Of a DNA stretch of 64,000 bases, positions 12,870 to 26,787 are shown in pieces. Below the pieces are notes generated by a model. The model ran no database searches. It was given only the letters and a program-made list of their open reading frames with translations, and was not told the origin of the DNA. The first letter of the stretch is position 1. Every line of letters starts with the position of its first letter. This stretch comes from Macrostomum lignano. Taxonomy: Eukaryota. Both the position numbers and the translations under genes were made by a program. The DNA lies in the NCBI GenBank assembly GCA_002269645.1, contig NIVC01001331.1, positions 248,001 through 312,000 on the forward strand, written 5' to 3'.

Positions 12870-13540
12870 TCCCTGAATATCCTTCTTGATCTCTCCCTGA
12901 GTCCTATCTGAGTCTCTCTCTGAGTCCTGAGTCTCTCCCTGAGTCACTCTCGGAGTCACTCTCTGAGTCTCTCTCTGAGTCCTGGGTCTCTCTCTGAGTC
13001 CTGAGTCTCTCTCTGAGTCCTGAGTCTCTCCCTGAGTCACTCTCTGAGTCTCTCCCTGAGTCCTATCTGCGTCTCCCCCTGAGTCCTATCTGAGTCTCTC
13101 CCTGAGTCTCTCCCTGAGTCCTATCTGAGTCTCTCCCTGAGCCTCTCCCTGAGTCCTATCTGAGTCTCTCCCTGAGTCTCTCCCTGAGTCCTCTCCCTGA
13201 GTCACTCTCCGAGTCTCTCAATGAGTCCTCTCAGAGCCACTCTCTGAGTCACTCTCTGAGTCACTCTCTGAGTCACTCTCTGAGTCACTCTCTGAGTCAC
13301 TCTCTGAGTCACTGTCTGAGTCTCTCCCTGAGTCTCTCCCTGAGTCTCTCCCTGAGTCTCTCCCTGAGTCTCTCCCTGAGTCTCTCCCTGAGTCCTATCT
13401 GAGTCTCTCCCTGAGTCTCTCCCTGAGTCCTATCTGAGTCTCTCCCTGAGTCTCTCCCTGAGTCACTCTCTGAGCATCTCTCTGAGTCTGTCTGAGTCTC
13501 TCATTGAGCCTTTCCCTGACCCTGAGCCTCTCCCCGAGTC
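12870..13540. repeat. ~12-bp CTGAGTCTCTCC/CTGAGTCACTCT array
   Basis: Read directly from the sequence. Confidence 0.9.
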
Positions 13541-14239
13541 CAGCCGCAAAAAATGTCATTAGTAAAGTTGATGCCAGCTCTGACAATCCTTGTTAAAGTT
13601 ATGAAATTGGGTGGCAGTGGCTGCTCACCAACCTTCACCCACTCGCATGCCAACTCTGCACTGCGGGGGGCATGGCAGAGAGAGGATGCTGAGAGAGCTG
13701 CAGCTTCATCCAGGGACGGAGTTTGCCCGGAGCTCATTCTTAAAATTGCCTTGCACTCTGTGAACAGCTCTGGCTGGCTGTAGTTTATGGCCGCAAAAAA
13801 TACATATTGAGGAGCTTTTAACTTGGATAATTAAACAAATTGGCAAATTATCTTTATTTTGTTTTGATGCTCACATTCAATATTAACGTAGTAAATTGAA
13901 AATTTACACTCAAAATCTGAATGATGCAGGCATTCTGGCATGCGATCAGAGCTAATCAACTGACAATGTATTTCAGCCTGGAATTTGCATGCACTTTATC
14001 TGCATCTGTGGCCATGCTGCCACTGCCCACTGCCAGAGAAAGAGGGAGTGGAGAACCATTGAGCTGGGGGGGGGGCGTAGGGAGACTCGTCTGGCATCAG
14101 TCGATCAACGGAATTTCCGGTCCGCAAGAGTATGATGACCGCATACAAATTTTTGGATAAAAATCCTATATGTAAATAGATGGGAGTTTTTGGCTTTGTG
14201 TGGATAGGGACTTTCATTGCGGTCGGGGCTGAGAAGCAG

Positions 14240-15220
14240 CAGAGGAAGGGAAGAGGAGGGTCTGAAGTATAGAGGAGATATGAAAAAGAAGATTAGAAAA
14301 GAGGGAGAGAAGGAAGGGAGAGAGGAAAGGGAGAGAGGAAAGGGAGGGAAAGGAGAAGGGAGAGAGGAGAGGGAGAGAGGAAAGGGAGAGAGGAAAGGGA
14401 GAGAGGAAAGGGAGAGAGGAAAGGGAGGGAAAGGAGAAGGGAGAGAGGAGAAGGGAGAGAAAGGAGAAGGGAGAGAGGAGAGGGAGAGAGGAAAGGGAGG
14501 GAAAGGAGAAGGGAGAGAGGAGAAGGGAGAGAAAGGAGAAGGGAGAGAGGGAAGGGAGAGAGGAAAGGGAGAGAGGAAAGCGAGAGAAAGGAGAAGGGAG
14601 AGAGGAGAAGGGAGAGAGGGAAGGGAGAGAGGAAAGGGAGAGAAAGGAGAAGGGAGAGAGGAGAAGGGAGAGAGGGAAGGGAGAGAGGAAAGGGAGAGAA
14701 AGGAGAAGGGAGAGAGGAGAAGGGAGAGAGGGAAGGGAGAGAAAGGAGAAGGGAGAGAGGGAAGGGAGAGAAAGGAGAAGGGAGAGAGGGAAGGGAGAGA
14801 AAGGAGAAGGGAGAGAGGGAAGGGAGAGAAAGGAGAAGGGAGAGAGGTAAGGGAGAGAAAGGAGAAGGGAGAGAGGGAAGGGAGAAAAAGGAGAAGGGAG
14901 AGAGGGAAGGGAGAGAAAGGAGAAGGGAGAGAGGGAAGAGAGAGAAAGGAGAAGGGAGAGAGGAGAAGGGAGAGAGGGAAGGGAGAGAAAGGAAGGGAGA
15001 GGGAGGGAAGGGGGAGTGGTGGAAGGGAGACTGAGGGAAGGGAGAGTGGAGGAAGGGAGAGAGGGAAGGGAGAGTGGGGGAAGGGAGAATGGGGGAAGGG
15101 AGAGAGAGAGAGAAAAGGGGGAGAGAGTGAAGGGAGAGTGGGAGAAGGGAGACTGAGTGAAGGGAGAGTGGGGGAAAGGAGAGAGAGAGGGAAGGGAGAG
15201 AGGAGAGAGAGCAGATGAGA
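14240..15220. repeat. Polypurine (GA-rich) compound array
   Basis: About 1 kb almost exclusively A/G on the + strand. Confidence 0.95.
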
Positions 15221-15819
15221 GATGAGAGCATATAAAACAGTGCATAGCACCAGAGGACCAGAGCCAGATCAATAAGTGCTTGAGTTGAATGCGAATCAGC
15301 AGTTGACAACAGGGTCGCAACTGTCGCATGGTCACTGATCAGACATCAGCACAGAGAGACTCGATAAACAAACGCACAGTCGGTCGGGCAACTTTATGGC
15401 GGCTCGTTTCGGTCAAACGAAAATTTAACGAGCTGGAACGAATGTAACAAGGTAGAGAGTGGAAGAGAAAGAAAGGGGAATAAGGGAGCAGAGGTCCTTG
15501 ATAAATAATTGATATGCACTGGCCCTTGGCCGCCACTCAGTGCGCTGCAGATGAGGCTGCCAATTCAGGCCATTGTACACAACCGCCATTTTTAGCGCGC
15601 TTTCAAATCGAGAGTTCCGGCTTGTCAGGTTTCTAAGAAAACTCTCGACTGCGAGCCACGTGCCCCGGCTCTTGAAATAAGCATCTGATGGAAATCTTTC
15701 ACCTGTTGTTGATTGACTTTTTAGTTATTATAAATTTTAGGAGATCTGGAGGCCCTTAACAGTAATTTTGAATCTTCAAATACCTGTTTATTGGCTGACT
15801 CACCTATCACTTCCCTGGT

Positions 15820-16240
15820 TATAGAGCTGACACACCTGTTGCATTTCTGAGCATTAGCTGTCACACCTCTGATTAGTGGTCTGTCACACCTGTTACATAT
15901 CTGAGCATTAGCTGTCACACCTCTGATTAGTGGTCTGTCACACCTGTTACATATCTGAGCATTAGCTGTCATATCTCTGATTAGTGGTCTGTCACACCTG
16001 TCACATCTCTGAGCATTAGCTGTCACACCTCTGATTAGAGGACTGTCACACCTGTCACATCTCTGATCATTAGCTGTTACACCTCTGATTAGAGGACTGT
16101 CACACCTGTCACATCTCTGATCATTAGCTGTTACACCTCTGATTAGTGGACTGTCACACCTCTGATTAGTGGACTGTCACACCTGTCACATATCTGATCA
16201 TTAGCTGTCACACCTCTGATTAGTAGACTGTCACAATCTT
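15820..16240. repeat. ~54-bp GTCACACCT-based minisatellite
   Basis: Read directly from the sequence. Confidence 0.9.
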
Positions 16241-17407
16241 GCTCTTTTGGATTTTATTCCGAGCAGAGAAACCTCAAATTTCAAATCAAACCGGAGGCCA
16301 TAAAAGTCCTTGCACTATTAAAAGACTTTTACCTGGAGCCTAAATATAGCTGCTTTTAATACTTTAGTCGGACCATGCTACACTAAAGCCCTTAATTACG
16401 GACTCTCAAGAGCAGCGGAGTAACCGAGAGCCAATTTGAACAATTTCAGTAAAACAGCCAATGCCAATCATTGCGTCTAAACACACGCGCGCACAGGAGT
16501 TTTGCATCATTTATTAAATATTCTTCCCGCTATTTTGTTCCAATATTGCAGAATCCGTGGAGATTTTCCTGGCCAGCCCGATGTCGCAGGTAGACGCCAG
16601 CCGGTGGCCGCGGCTTCACGTACGACCGGTGCCAGCGCTAAAAGTGTTCGGTAAAGTGGGGATGGGGATAGGCGTGGTGGGATTTTTTTCGGGACTCTCC
16701 CGGGAGCTGGCGGCCAAATGAGTCAAGACTTTGCAGCGCTGAACAGGAGACGGTAGAGGAAAGAGAAGGGGCGTTGTGGGAGAAAAATCCTCGGGAGCGA
16801 CTTCTACAGAGATGAAGCCTTCTACCAAAATTAGACTCCCCCCTCTATATTAGCAGTGGCCGGAGAAGAGTTTGCCGGCTGCAGGATTGAAGCGTCCAAT
16901 TTGCATTAATGAATTGCACTTTCAAGTGCGCCAGTGACACCGCTGGCTTTAGGATGGGGGGGGGGTTGGTGTGGGTGCCTCGCTGCCGGCTAAAAGCACT
17001 GTCGGGAAAACACATGCACACACACCAGACTCCCCCAGGCCCTCTCAGCGCTCCCTCTGTAAATGTATATAAAGTTAACAATATTTACTGCTATATATAG
17101 TAGAATTTCAAAGCCAAGGTCTCAGCCAAGGGTATAGGATCACGATGGAGAGGATTGCGGAGGCTGGGTTGGGGGGGTCTCACTTGTCTCAAATACACGC
17201 TCTGCAATTCCCCGCACCTTCAGGTCGGCGTGTGGGGTTTTCTTACTGCCTAAGCCGCTGCATCATTCAAAGCTCTCTGACCGGCTCAGCCTCTCAATGC
17301 TGAGCCATCTTCTCAATTTCAACTCTGCCGCCTCTCAGCCGCTTCTGCCTGCTTTTGGCTGAAGCAGAAAATTGGCTGGCTTAAATGTCTGCAACTGCGG
17401 CTGGGCA

Positions 17408-17535
17408 CTGGGGACTGGGGACTGGGGATTGGGGACTGGGGACTGGGGACTGGGGACTGGGGACTGGGGACTGGGGACTGGGGACTGGGGACGGGGGACT
17501 AGGGACTTGGGGATTAGGGACTGGGGATTAGGGAC
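17408..17535 (+). repeat. (GGGGACT)n G-rich repeat
   Basis: Consecutive G4 runs separated by 3-nt loops. Confidence 0.92.
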
Positions 17536-18329
17536 CACGAACGAACTACGGACTGGGGACGGGATCTGAGACTCGAGAAAGACGCATTGTGTCCCAGTTC
17601 GCAGTTTCCGAGTTAGGAGATCTGAAGTATTAAATTGCCATTTTCTGCTGTAAAATTAGTCTCAATAAGCCAAATGAAAAAATGCTATTTTTATCTGCTC
17701 GGGAAAAAGGCAGCTGTTCGCATTTATTCACACCTTGGCTTTGAACTGCAGCCCCTGGGGCACCACCATGCGTTTAAATTACAAGAGCACTGCGTATCCT
17801 TAGATGAGAAATTAACCTTCGAGAGAAAATCGACAGCAGAATGTCTTTTAAGAACTTTCTTTTTTCAAGTCCTCCGCCTCTCTGAGCCACTTTAATTGGC
17901 TGTGTGAAGCACCTGCCAAATATAGACTCTCATTTAATTGTATATAATTAGGCACTTAGCTAATTTCACCTACTGAGAGGCTAGCTTCAATGTCAGTTGT
18001 GACGAGTATGTACCCTGCCTTATAAACAACCTTTGTCCTTGGCGATGGCAGTTCAGAACACAGAAACTAAGACAAATGGCATTGAAAGACTCAGGCAGAC
18101 ACAAAGACAGGCATTGGGACACTAAGGCAGGTGTTGAAGCACTGTAAGCTGAGAGAAGGCGAGAGCTTAGCGAGACCAAAACACACAAAGTGGCTAAAGC
18201 CACGCGCAACGATTTATATATTTGCAATGTACATCAGTCGATGTACATCGCGATTATTTGCAGATGAATTACCTTCACGCTTATAACAACCACACAACAG
18301 CGAAAACATGCACGCCTCTTACAGCACTA

Positions 18330-18810
18330 AGACAAACACAAAGGCAGGCATTGGGGCACTAAGACAGACACAAAGACAGGCATTGAAACACTAAGACAGA
18401 CACGAAGACAGGCATTGGGACACTAAGACAGACACGAAGGCAGGCATTGGGACACTAAGACAGACACGAAGGCAGGCATTGAAACACTAAGACAGACACA
18501 AATACAGGCATTGGAACACTAAGACAGACACAAAGACAGGCATTGGGACACTAAGACAGACACAAAGACAGGTATTAGAACACTAAGACAGACACAAAGA
18601 CAGGCATTGGAACACTAAGACAGACACAAAGACAGGTATTAGAACACTAAGACAGACACAAATACAGGCATTGGAACACTAAGACAGACACAAAGACAGG
18701 CATTGGAACACTAAGACAGACACAAAGACAGGCATTGAAACACAAAGACAGACACAATGATAGGTATTAGAACACTAAGACAGACACAAAGACAGGCACT
18801 AAGGCAGACG
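18330..18810. repeat. 32-bp minisatellite (CACTAAGACAGACACAAAGACAGGCATTGGAA)
   Basis: Read directly from the sequence. Confidence 0.92.
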
Positions 18811-18971
18811 AAGAGGCGAATCCACGACATTGGACTGCCACTATATGACCGCCTGTCAGTCAAATGCTCAGCGGTCAAATAGTGGCAGTCGAATTGGGGC
18901 AGTCAAAGGTCGGCCATAACCACAGAGCGCATTACATCGGTGCCATATTTCTTCCTTCATCAATTCCCCAG

Positions 18972-19145
18972 ACACGCCAGACATCACCGAGTCGGTGACA
19001 GCGGATGCGGGCGGCGACGCCTGCAAGAAGCGGGATCGGTGCCGCATCGCGCTCGGCCAGAACCGGCTGGGCTGCCACCCCAGCTCCGCCGAGTGCGCCT
19101 GCGTGCGCGGCTTCCGATTCTACGCGCCAACTGGAGCCTGCGTTG
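18972..19145 (+). CDS. Gene 2 exon 2: EGF-like domain (CKKRDRC...C...CACVRGFRFYAPTGAC)
   Basis: Acceptor ttccccag (in-frame alternative at 18980), donor G|gtgag, phase 1-1, six Cys in EGF spacing, strongly GC-ending codons. Confidence 0.88.
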
Positions 19146-19174
19146 GTGAGAGAGGGGGAACGGGAGCGGTGGAG

Positions 19175-20130
19175 GGAGAGGGTGACAGGTGGGTGACTTG
19201 AGTGAATGGGAGAGAGTGACAGGTGGGTGACTTGAGTGAATGGGAGAGAGTGACAGCTGGGTGACTTGAGTGAATGGGAGAGAGTGACAGGTAAGGTGAC
19301 TGAGTGAATGGGAGAGAGTGACAGGTGGGTGACTTGAGTGAATGGGAGAGAGTGACAGGTGGGTGACTGAGTGAATGGGAGAGGGTGACAGGTATGTGAC
19401 AGAGTGAATGGGAGAGAGTGACAGGTGGGTGACTTGAGTGAATGGGAGAGAGTGACAGGTGGGTGACTTGAGTGAATGGGAGAGAGTGACAGGTGGGTGA
19501 CTTGAGTGAATGGGAGAGAGTGACAGGTGGGTGACTTGAGTGAATGGGAGAGAGTGACAGGTGGGTGACTTGAGTGAATGGGAGAGAGTGACAGGTGGGT
19601 GACTTGAGTGAATGGGAGAGAGTGACAGGTTGGTGACTTGAGTGAATGGGAGAGAGTGACAGGTGGGTGACTTGGGTGAATGGGAGGGAGTGACAGGTGG
19701 GTGACAGAGTGAATGACAGAGAGTGACAGGTGGGTGACTTGGGTAAATGGGAGGGAGTGACAGGTGGGTGACAGAGTGAATGACAGAGAGTGACAGGTGG
19801 GTGACTTGGGTAAATGGGAGGGAGTGACAGGTGGGTGACAGAGTGAATGGGAGGGAGTGACAGGTGGGTGACAGAGTGAATGACAGAGAGTGACAGGTGG
19901 GTGAATTGGGTGAATGGGAGGGAGTGACAGGTGGGTGACAGAGTGAATGACAGAGAGTGACAGATGGGTGACTTGGGTGAATGGAGGGAGTGACAGGTGG
20001 GTGACAGAGTGAATGGGAGGGAGTGACAGGTGGGTGACAGAGTGAATGGGAGGGAGTGACAGGTGGGTGAATTGGGTGAATGGGAGGGAGTGACAGGTGG
20101 GTGACAGAGTGAATGAGAAGGAGTGACAGC
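19175..20130. repeat. 33-34-bp minisatellite (GAGAGTGACAGGTGGGTGACTTGAGTGAATGGGA)
   Basis: Read directly from the sequence. Confidence 0.95.
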
Positions 20131-21189
20131 ATAGTGAAGGATTAACCAGACAGTGCTTTGTCTGTGTCTGACAATTCGCATTAACCCCAAAGCAGGTCAG
20201 GGGTTACCCAACGCCATACTCGTGCCTCCAAGTTTGAGCAAACAAAATTGCGGACTGAGAGCTCAGAAACCTTAGCCAGTCTTTTGTTGGCATTGGTCCA
20301 AGCCATGCAGTCCAGGAAATGACCAGCAAAGGAGATTTTCTTTTAGCTAAGCAGGTAGGCTTGCTTACAGATAGTCAATGCTGATTTTCATAGTTCTTTC
20401 CGTTAAGGAACCCCAGCAACCTGACGGACAATGGGGACACCATATTGAGTCCAAAATTGCAGGAGAAATGCTGAGAGAGAGAGTCTCCTCTCTCCATCTC
20501 TCAAACACGTATTTAGTTAACAATAAGTAAACGCATTGGCTGTCGTCCGGAGTGGCCGGCCCTCCGACTCTTGTCGTCAATCTTCCTGAGATCAGTTCTC
20601 CCAAACAACGCAATCCAGTCTCTTCCCCGTGCGCTTTTTGTGTAAAAAACCAGGGCAATCCCCCCCCCCCCAGTTTTCTGGGAAGGCTGCAAGTCAATAT
20701 TTGCAGTAACTGCACCCATCCATCTCGTGCATCTCTTTCTCCATTGCAATTGACTTGCTGCAAGCCCGCGATTTGGAAAACCCAGGCTTTGCCTGACCGT
20801 TCCACACTGCTGCAACGCGCGAGTTTCTGTCCAAGCGCTTGTGATCTAGCACAACATTTACTGTAATCGTTTTGTTTTTTTTACACTGACAGACAAGTGG
20901 CCCATGACTGCAATAAGAGCATTTATAAGGCCAGTTTGAGCCGCAACCACTGGCTATGTCCCCTGGGACTGGCAGATACACGTACGTACGTGTAAATTGA
21001 GTTGGCGAAGGAGAGTGAGAGAAAGAGACAGCAGAGGAGGGTCAGACCAAAGATGAGAGATTAGATCGGTGGAACGGATAGGAAGCAGAGAGGGCATTGA
21101 GATGAGAATAGAATGGAGACTAAGTGTGAGAAAAATGTTAAGAAGTGCGGATCGAAAAGAATCTTCGAAGAAGAGGGGAGAAAAAAGGA

Positions 21190-21725
21190 GACGGCGGATT
21201 GAATAGAGGAGACAGCGGATTGAGAAGAGGAGACAGCGGATTGAATAGAGGAGACAGCTGATTGAATAGAGGAGACAGCGGATTGAATAGAGGAGACAGC
21301 GGATTGAGAAGAGGAGACAGCGGATTGAATAGAGGAGACAGCTGATTGAATAGAGGGGACAGCAGATTGAATAGAGGAGACAGTGGATCGAATAGAGAAG
21401 ACAGCGGATTGAATAGAGGAGACAGTGGATCGAATAGAGAAGACAGCGGATTGAATAGAGGAGGCAGCGGATTGAATAGAGGAGACAGCGGATTGAATAG
21501 AGACAGCGGATTGAATAGAGGAGACAGCGGATTGAATAGAGGAGACAGTGGATCGAATAGAGAAGACAGCGGATTGAATAGAGGAGACAGTGGATCGAAT
21601 AGAGAAGACAGCGGATTGAATAGAGGAGACAGCGGATCGAATAGAGAAGACAGCGGATTGAATAGAGGAGACAGCGGATTGAATAGAGGAGACAGCGGAT
21701 TGAATAGAGGAGACAGCGGATTGAA
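21190..21725. repeat. 21-bp minisatellite (GAATAGAGGAGACAGCGGATT)
   Basis: Read directly from the sequence. Confidence 0.95.
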
Positions 21726-22146
21726 GAGCACAATACTTGTTGAAGTTGAGAGGACTACGTCTCTGTAGTTGAAGTCTATGAGATTGTAGCTTTTGAGATC
21801 GGGCACCGATATGTTGTGAAAGGCAGTTTATTGGGGGGGGGCACAGTTGCCAAGCCTATGAGCTGCATGGCTACCCAGCAGTTCACTCGCGCAGGGTTTT
21901 AGTAGAGAAGTCCAAAGTCCAGATTGCGTGATGGGGGGTTGATAAGTTCAGTTTTAGCATTGGTTATTTTTGCTCCTTCACCCTTTCTCCCTCTCGCCAG
22001 TTCCCTTTTCATACTTTATTCCTGTCTTTGCTTGTCCCTAAATAGCCTTCTAGGGTTTAGGCGCCGCATAAAATGTCCCCTGTAAGATGCATGGAGTTCT
22101 AGACAGAGAATCTGGACAGGAAAAAGTTTTTATATCGATGCTCACA

Positions 22147-22245
22147 GGTTTTAGACCTAAAATCTGAGATGAGACTCTAACACACTGAGGTTTTAGACCT
22201 AAAATCAGAGATGAGACTCTAAAACACTGAGGTTTTAGACCTCAA
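22147..22245. repeat. Short 42-bp direct repeat, ~2.5 copies
   Basis: GGTTTTAGACCTAAAATC...ACACTGA repeated. Confidence 0.75.
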
Positions 22246-22869
22246 AAATGTGTTGCATATCAAAAGTGAAGTTTCCACTCCAGATTCAATGCCTGACACT
22301 ATGCTACTGCAGTCGATAATACATGTAGTCGATACGCATTAGTTGCAGTTCAATGTTTAACCATTCATCCGCTGCCAACTCACACAAAGAGAAGGAGTAG
22401 TGGGCGTCCTAGCCTACGGCGATTTTTTTACCACTACTCAAGTCACTTTTTACAATCTAAAACACCAGCCTGCATGCATCTTCCAGTGAGTCAGACCTGC
22501 ATCACAGGGTTACTATGGAGGCTATTTTGAAGCTGTAGACTATTGAAGCGACTGCTGAGCCTTCTCGAACAGTTTCCAACAATTGAGAATCAAATCCAAC
22601 GCAGACAAAACATCCTTACTATCGTATGCTGCATCGGCGAGACAGAATCGGATGACAAACAAAAAAATTGCTTTTTCTGTCGGGGAAATTTCCGTCTAGG
22701 AATTTGAGATCCCTTCTGAGCTTTTTTCTCCATCCGTTTTTTTCCGTTCTATGTGAATGTTTTTTATGATCTTTGCCGCGTAAAGCTAAATAAGTGCTCA
22801 ACTGGAGTTCACCTTTGTGATGGCCCGACCTTATACATTTGACCGCGCCTTTCCCCATATTTTCTAATC

Positions 22870-23950
22870 TCCTCTCTTCTCTCCTGCCTTCTCTCTCTCC
22901 TGCCTTCTCTCTCCTGCCTTCTCTCTCTCCTCTCATGCCTTCTCTCTCCTGCCTTCTCTCTCCTCTCCTGCCTTCTCTCTCCTGCCTTCTCTCTCCTGCC
23001 TTCTCTCTCCTCTCTTGCTTTCTCTCTCCTGCCTTCTCTCTCCTGCCTTCTCTCTCCTGCCTTCTCTCTCCTCTCCTGCCTTCTCTCTCCTGCCTTCTCT
23101 CTCCTGCCTTCTCTCTCCTCTCTTGCTTTCTCTCTCCTGCCTTCTCTCTCCTCTCCTGCCTTCTCTCTCCTCTCTTGCTTTCTCTCTCCTGCCTTCTCTC
23201 TCCTCTCCTGCCTTCTCTCTCCTCTCTTGCCTTCTCTCTCCTGCCTTCTCTCTCCTCTCATGCCTTCTCTCTCCTGCCTTCTCTCTCCTCTCATGCCTTC
23301 TCTCTCCTGCCTTCTCTCTCCTCTCTTGCTTTCTCTCTCCTGCCTTCTCTCTCCTCTCCTGCCTTCTCTCTCCTCTCTTGCCTTCTCTCTCCTGCCTTCT
23401 CTCTCCTCTCATGCCTTCTCTCTCCTGCCTTCTCTCTCCTCTCATGCCTTCTCTCTCCTGCCTTCTCTCTCCTCTCTTGCTTTCTCTCTCCTGCCTTCTC
23501 TCTCCTCTCCTGCCTTCTCTCTCCTCTCTTGCCTTCTCTCTCCTGCCTTCTCTCTCCTGCCTTCTCTCTCCTCTCATGCCTTCTCTCTCCTGCCTTCTCT
23601 CTCCTCTCATGCCTTCTCTCTCCTGCCTTCTCTCTCCTCTCATGCCTTCTCTCTCCTGCCTTCTCTCTCCTCTCATGCCTTCTCTCTCCTCTCTTGCCTT
23701 CTCTCTCCTCTCTTGCCTTCTCTCTCCTCTCCTGCCTTCTCTCTCTCCTGCCTTCTCTCTCCTGCCTTCTCTCTCCTGCCTTCTCTCTCCTCTCATGCCT
23801 TCTCTCTCCTGCCTTCTCTCTCTTCTCCTGCCTTCTTTCTCCTGCCTTCTCTCTCCTGCCTTCTCCCTCTCTCCTGCCTTCTCCCTCTCTCCTCTTCTAC
23901 CTTCTATCTCTCATACCTTCTCTCTCATGCCTTCTCTCTTTTATCTCTTG
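22870..23950. repeat. Polypyrimidine-rich array (CCTGCCTTCTCTCT variants)
   Basis: Read directly from the sequence. Confidence 0.95.
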
Positions 23951-24985
23951 CTTCTCCCTCCGTACCTGTAATATTTTATTTCTTCTCCCTAACTGTTCGA
24001 CTGGCTCAAAAAAACATTAAACCTGCTTCCCGAAGGGCTAAAATTTTAATTACAGCATTCTTCTAAACCCTTTGAGAAGATCAAAGAGATTGGTGTAAGC
24101 AAAAATGGCTCACGTTCGTGGCAATTTTCAAAAACCCCTTTTTGCCTCTAGGAAATCTCTAAGCTGAAAATCTTTGGTTAATCCCACTCCGCTTTCAGGC
24201 CGAGCAGCTGGGAGAATTGTGGTAATTAAAAGCAGCCCCCCCCAGAAAGGCTCTCCTAGAAGAAGCCTTGTTAGCAACTACCTAATATTTCTCAAGATTT
24301 GGAAATTCACAGAGCAGCTATGGGTCGCTTTCAGTGTAGAACAAGTGAACATATTCGCATCGAATTTGTCAAAACGCATGCAATAAGAAACTTGTCGTGT
24401 TTCGAAGTAAAACATAAAAATTTTTGCACCAGTCGAAAATGGATTCGAAGGCAATTCGGTTCAGAGCCTGTGCAAGATATGAATAATGAATTTTTAACTA
24501 GCCTGGCAGCATCTGTCACCGAATCATCAAAAAGTTTCTTAAGGCTGACTCACACTGCCATCAAATCACTCAACCGATGTACGAAGGAATGAAAGTTGAT
24601 GTACAAGTCAAGTAACCGGGCTTCTGGACTGCAGTAGAGTCCGTGAGTCATAAACTGTACCATAAACACCAAAGCCAAAATGAAAGACCTGCGGGATTTT
24701 ATAGGGCCTTGGTTTAGGTCATAGACATAAAAATTAACGTCTCCACATTCCTACCATCTGCTGCTTTCTTGGAAAAGCAGGAAATATGCTTCTTGGCTGA
24801 AGAAAGGCTTGAAGCACCACGCGCCACGACCCCCCAATTTGAGGCCTGTGAACAGAAATCGATTGGGGCTTGTTGTGGCGGCTCAGCACTCATAAGAGCC
24901 AATCCACAAATCCCAGAGAGGTGTACATGTTTGACGATTAGTCAAGGGTCATTGTAAACTCTGGTTAAGAGTGTGTATGATTGCA

Positions 24986-25290
24986 TTGTAGCCTAGTGGT
25001 TAGAGCGTCGGACTTACGACTTGAAGGTCGGGGGTTCGACTCCCGATCCCACTGGAACAATTTGTGTCTTTGAGTCACTTGAGACACTTGACTCGTAACT
25101 CTGCATAGCTTCAGTTCACCCAGCTGTAAAATGGGTGCCAGCATTAGCTGGGGTAATTGAGGGTGTATGTGGCGACCCTCCAGTCCTTGGACTGAACAGC
25201 CGTACGCAGCCTTCAGGTGCGTCGCGCAATCGCTGCGGCTGCGCTGTCGGTTGCACATCTCGCCCAGTTGGAGCAGGCGTAATCAATCAA
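24986..25290 (+). mobile_element. tRNA-derived SINE, copy 1
   Basis: A box TAGCCTAGTGG, B box GGTTCGACTCC, central CAGTTCACCCAGCTGTAAAATGGG (CORE/Meta-SINE-like). Two further copies in the window. Confidence 0.85.
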
Positions 25291-26216
25291 CACGTGTGCT
25301 TCTTCGAACTTTCATGGCGGATAATATACTTCAGAATGAAGCTATCGTAACTCCAGCAAGACCAGAGTAGATATTCACGCTTTACTGTGCGAGTTAAGAG
25401 TTTCTATGCATCTTTAACCATCGCTGCATGTTACTGGCATCAAAATCAACCAATCATCTTGATGGGTCACGGACAGCCTGCTGTCAGCTTAGCTCTTCAG
25501 TTCCGTTAAAGTGACCCCCAACTAACTGGCCAAGTGACGCTTTAGGGAGACCCTTCTCGTGTCTTGTTAAACAACACTAGACTGTCAGCGCCAATGCCCC
25601 AATCACAAATTAGGCCAGAATCATTAGCGCCATCCAGCGATGCGTTTCTCCGATTTTAAAGGCAGCAGATTTTTACTATTCTAAAATTCCTCAACATAAC
25701 CGTAGCGCACTACTTACGGCCCCCGTTTCAGTAGTGTAGGCTGCGTGTTGTTTTTCGAAATTGATACAGTTTTGCACTAAGCTACTCTAGATTATAATCC
25801 AAATGCGGCAAAACGGCCATACAGAATCAACCAGTCAGAGAGTCAATCAGTGTAATCCAGAAGATCTCCAAACACTTCCTGGTGGAACTTTGCGGGAACC
25901 AATCTTACTACCATCTGAAAAGTTTACTTCTTTAGTCAAATTGCTTTGATTGGCAGTTTGTGAGGCAAAGCTAAGCGTGCCTTATCTCTAGCGGGGTCGA
26001 ACTCCCTTAGTGTTCCCTCAGTTGTTGGCTCCTCCGGTGGTGACGCTCGGGAAGGCTAACGAGAATTGGCACTGTTATTGATTTTTTAAATTCAGTTTAT
26101 GACAGTTTTTTTACTCGAAAAAAAGGCATGCAAAGTATTTGTATATTCGATGTTTTCTATCTATCTATAGTTGCTAAGCAAGCCGTCGATCAACCCTCAC
26201 TTTGCCGCCCACATAG

Positions 26217-26339
26217 ATATTGACGAGTGCTCACTGGGGTCAGACATCTGTTCCCGTGACGCTGTCTGCACCAACTTGGTCGGCTCCTACAGTTGCGCCT
26301 GTCGCGAAGGTTACTATGGCAACGGGATTCGGTGTACAA
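26217..26339 (+). CDS. Gene 2 exon 3: calcium-binding EGF domain (DIDECSLGSDICSRDAVCTNLVGSYSCACREGYYGNGIRC)
   Basis: Textbook cbEGF consensus D-I-D-E-C...C-x-N-x-x-G-S-Y-x-C-x-C. Bounded tag|...|gtaag, phase 1-1. Confidence 0.95.
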
Positions 26340-26439
26340 GTAAGCTGCAGAGAGCGCCATATCACAGGTTGAGCACACAGTGACAGAAATGGGTGCTCCT
26401 GTATGCTCAACTTGTGAGAGATCTGTTCTCAACCTTTAG

Positions 26440-26750
26440 TTCAAAATGTGTGTGCTCAAACTGTGACAGAAATATATACTCAACATGTGACAGAAATATG
26501 TGCTCAACCTGTGGCAGAAATATGTACTCAACATGTGACAGAAATATGTGCTCAACCTGTGACAGAAATATGTGCTCAACCTGTGACGGAAATATGTGCT
26601 CAACCTGTGACGGAAATATGTGCTCAACCTGTGACAGAAATATGTGCTCAACCTGTGACAGAAATATGTGCTCAACCTGTGACAGAAATATGTGCTCAAC
26701 CTGTGACAGAAATATGTGCTCAACCTGTGACAGAAATATGTACTCAACCA
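26440..26750. repeat. 24-bp minisatellite filling the intron between exons 3 and 4
   Basis: CTCAACCTGTGACAGAAATATGTG repeated. Confidence 0.95.
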
Positions 26751-26787
26751 CTAGAAATTGACAGTATCCCCGCACCCTCATTCGCAG

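Noticed and set aside
16551-16588. AG/GT-bounded 38-nt segment in intron 1
   Set aside because: Not a multiple of three, so it would frameshift the phase 1-1 chain.
24986-25050. tRNA-like sequences at the three SINE heads (also ~53430-53494 and ~56940-57005)
   Set aside because: No acceptor stem closure, a weak anticodon stem, and each continues into the same ~250-bp body, so they are SINEs rather than tRNA genes.
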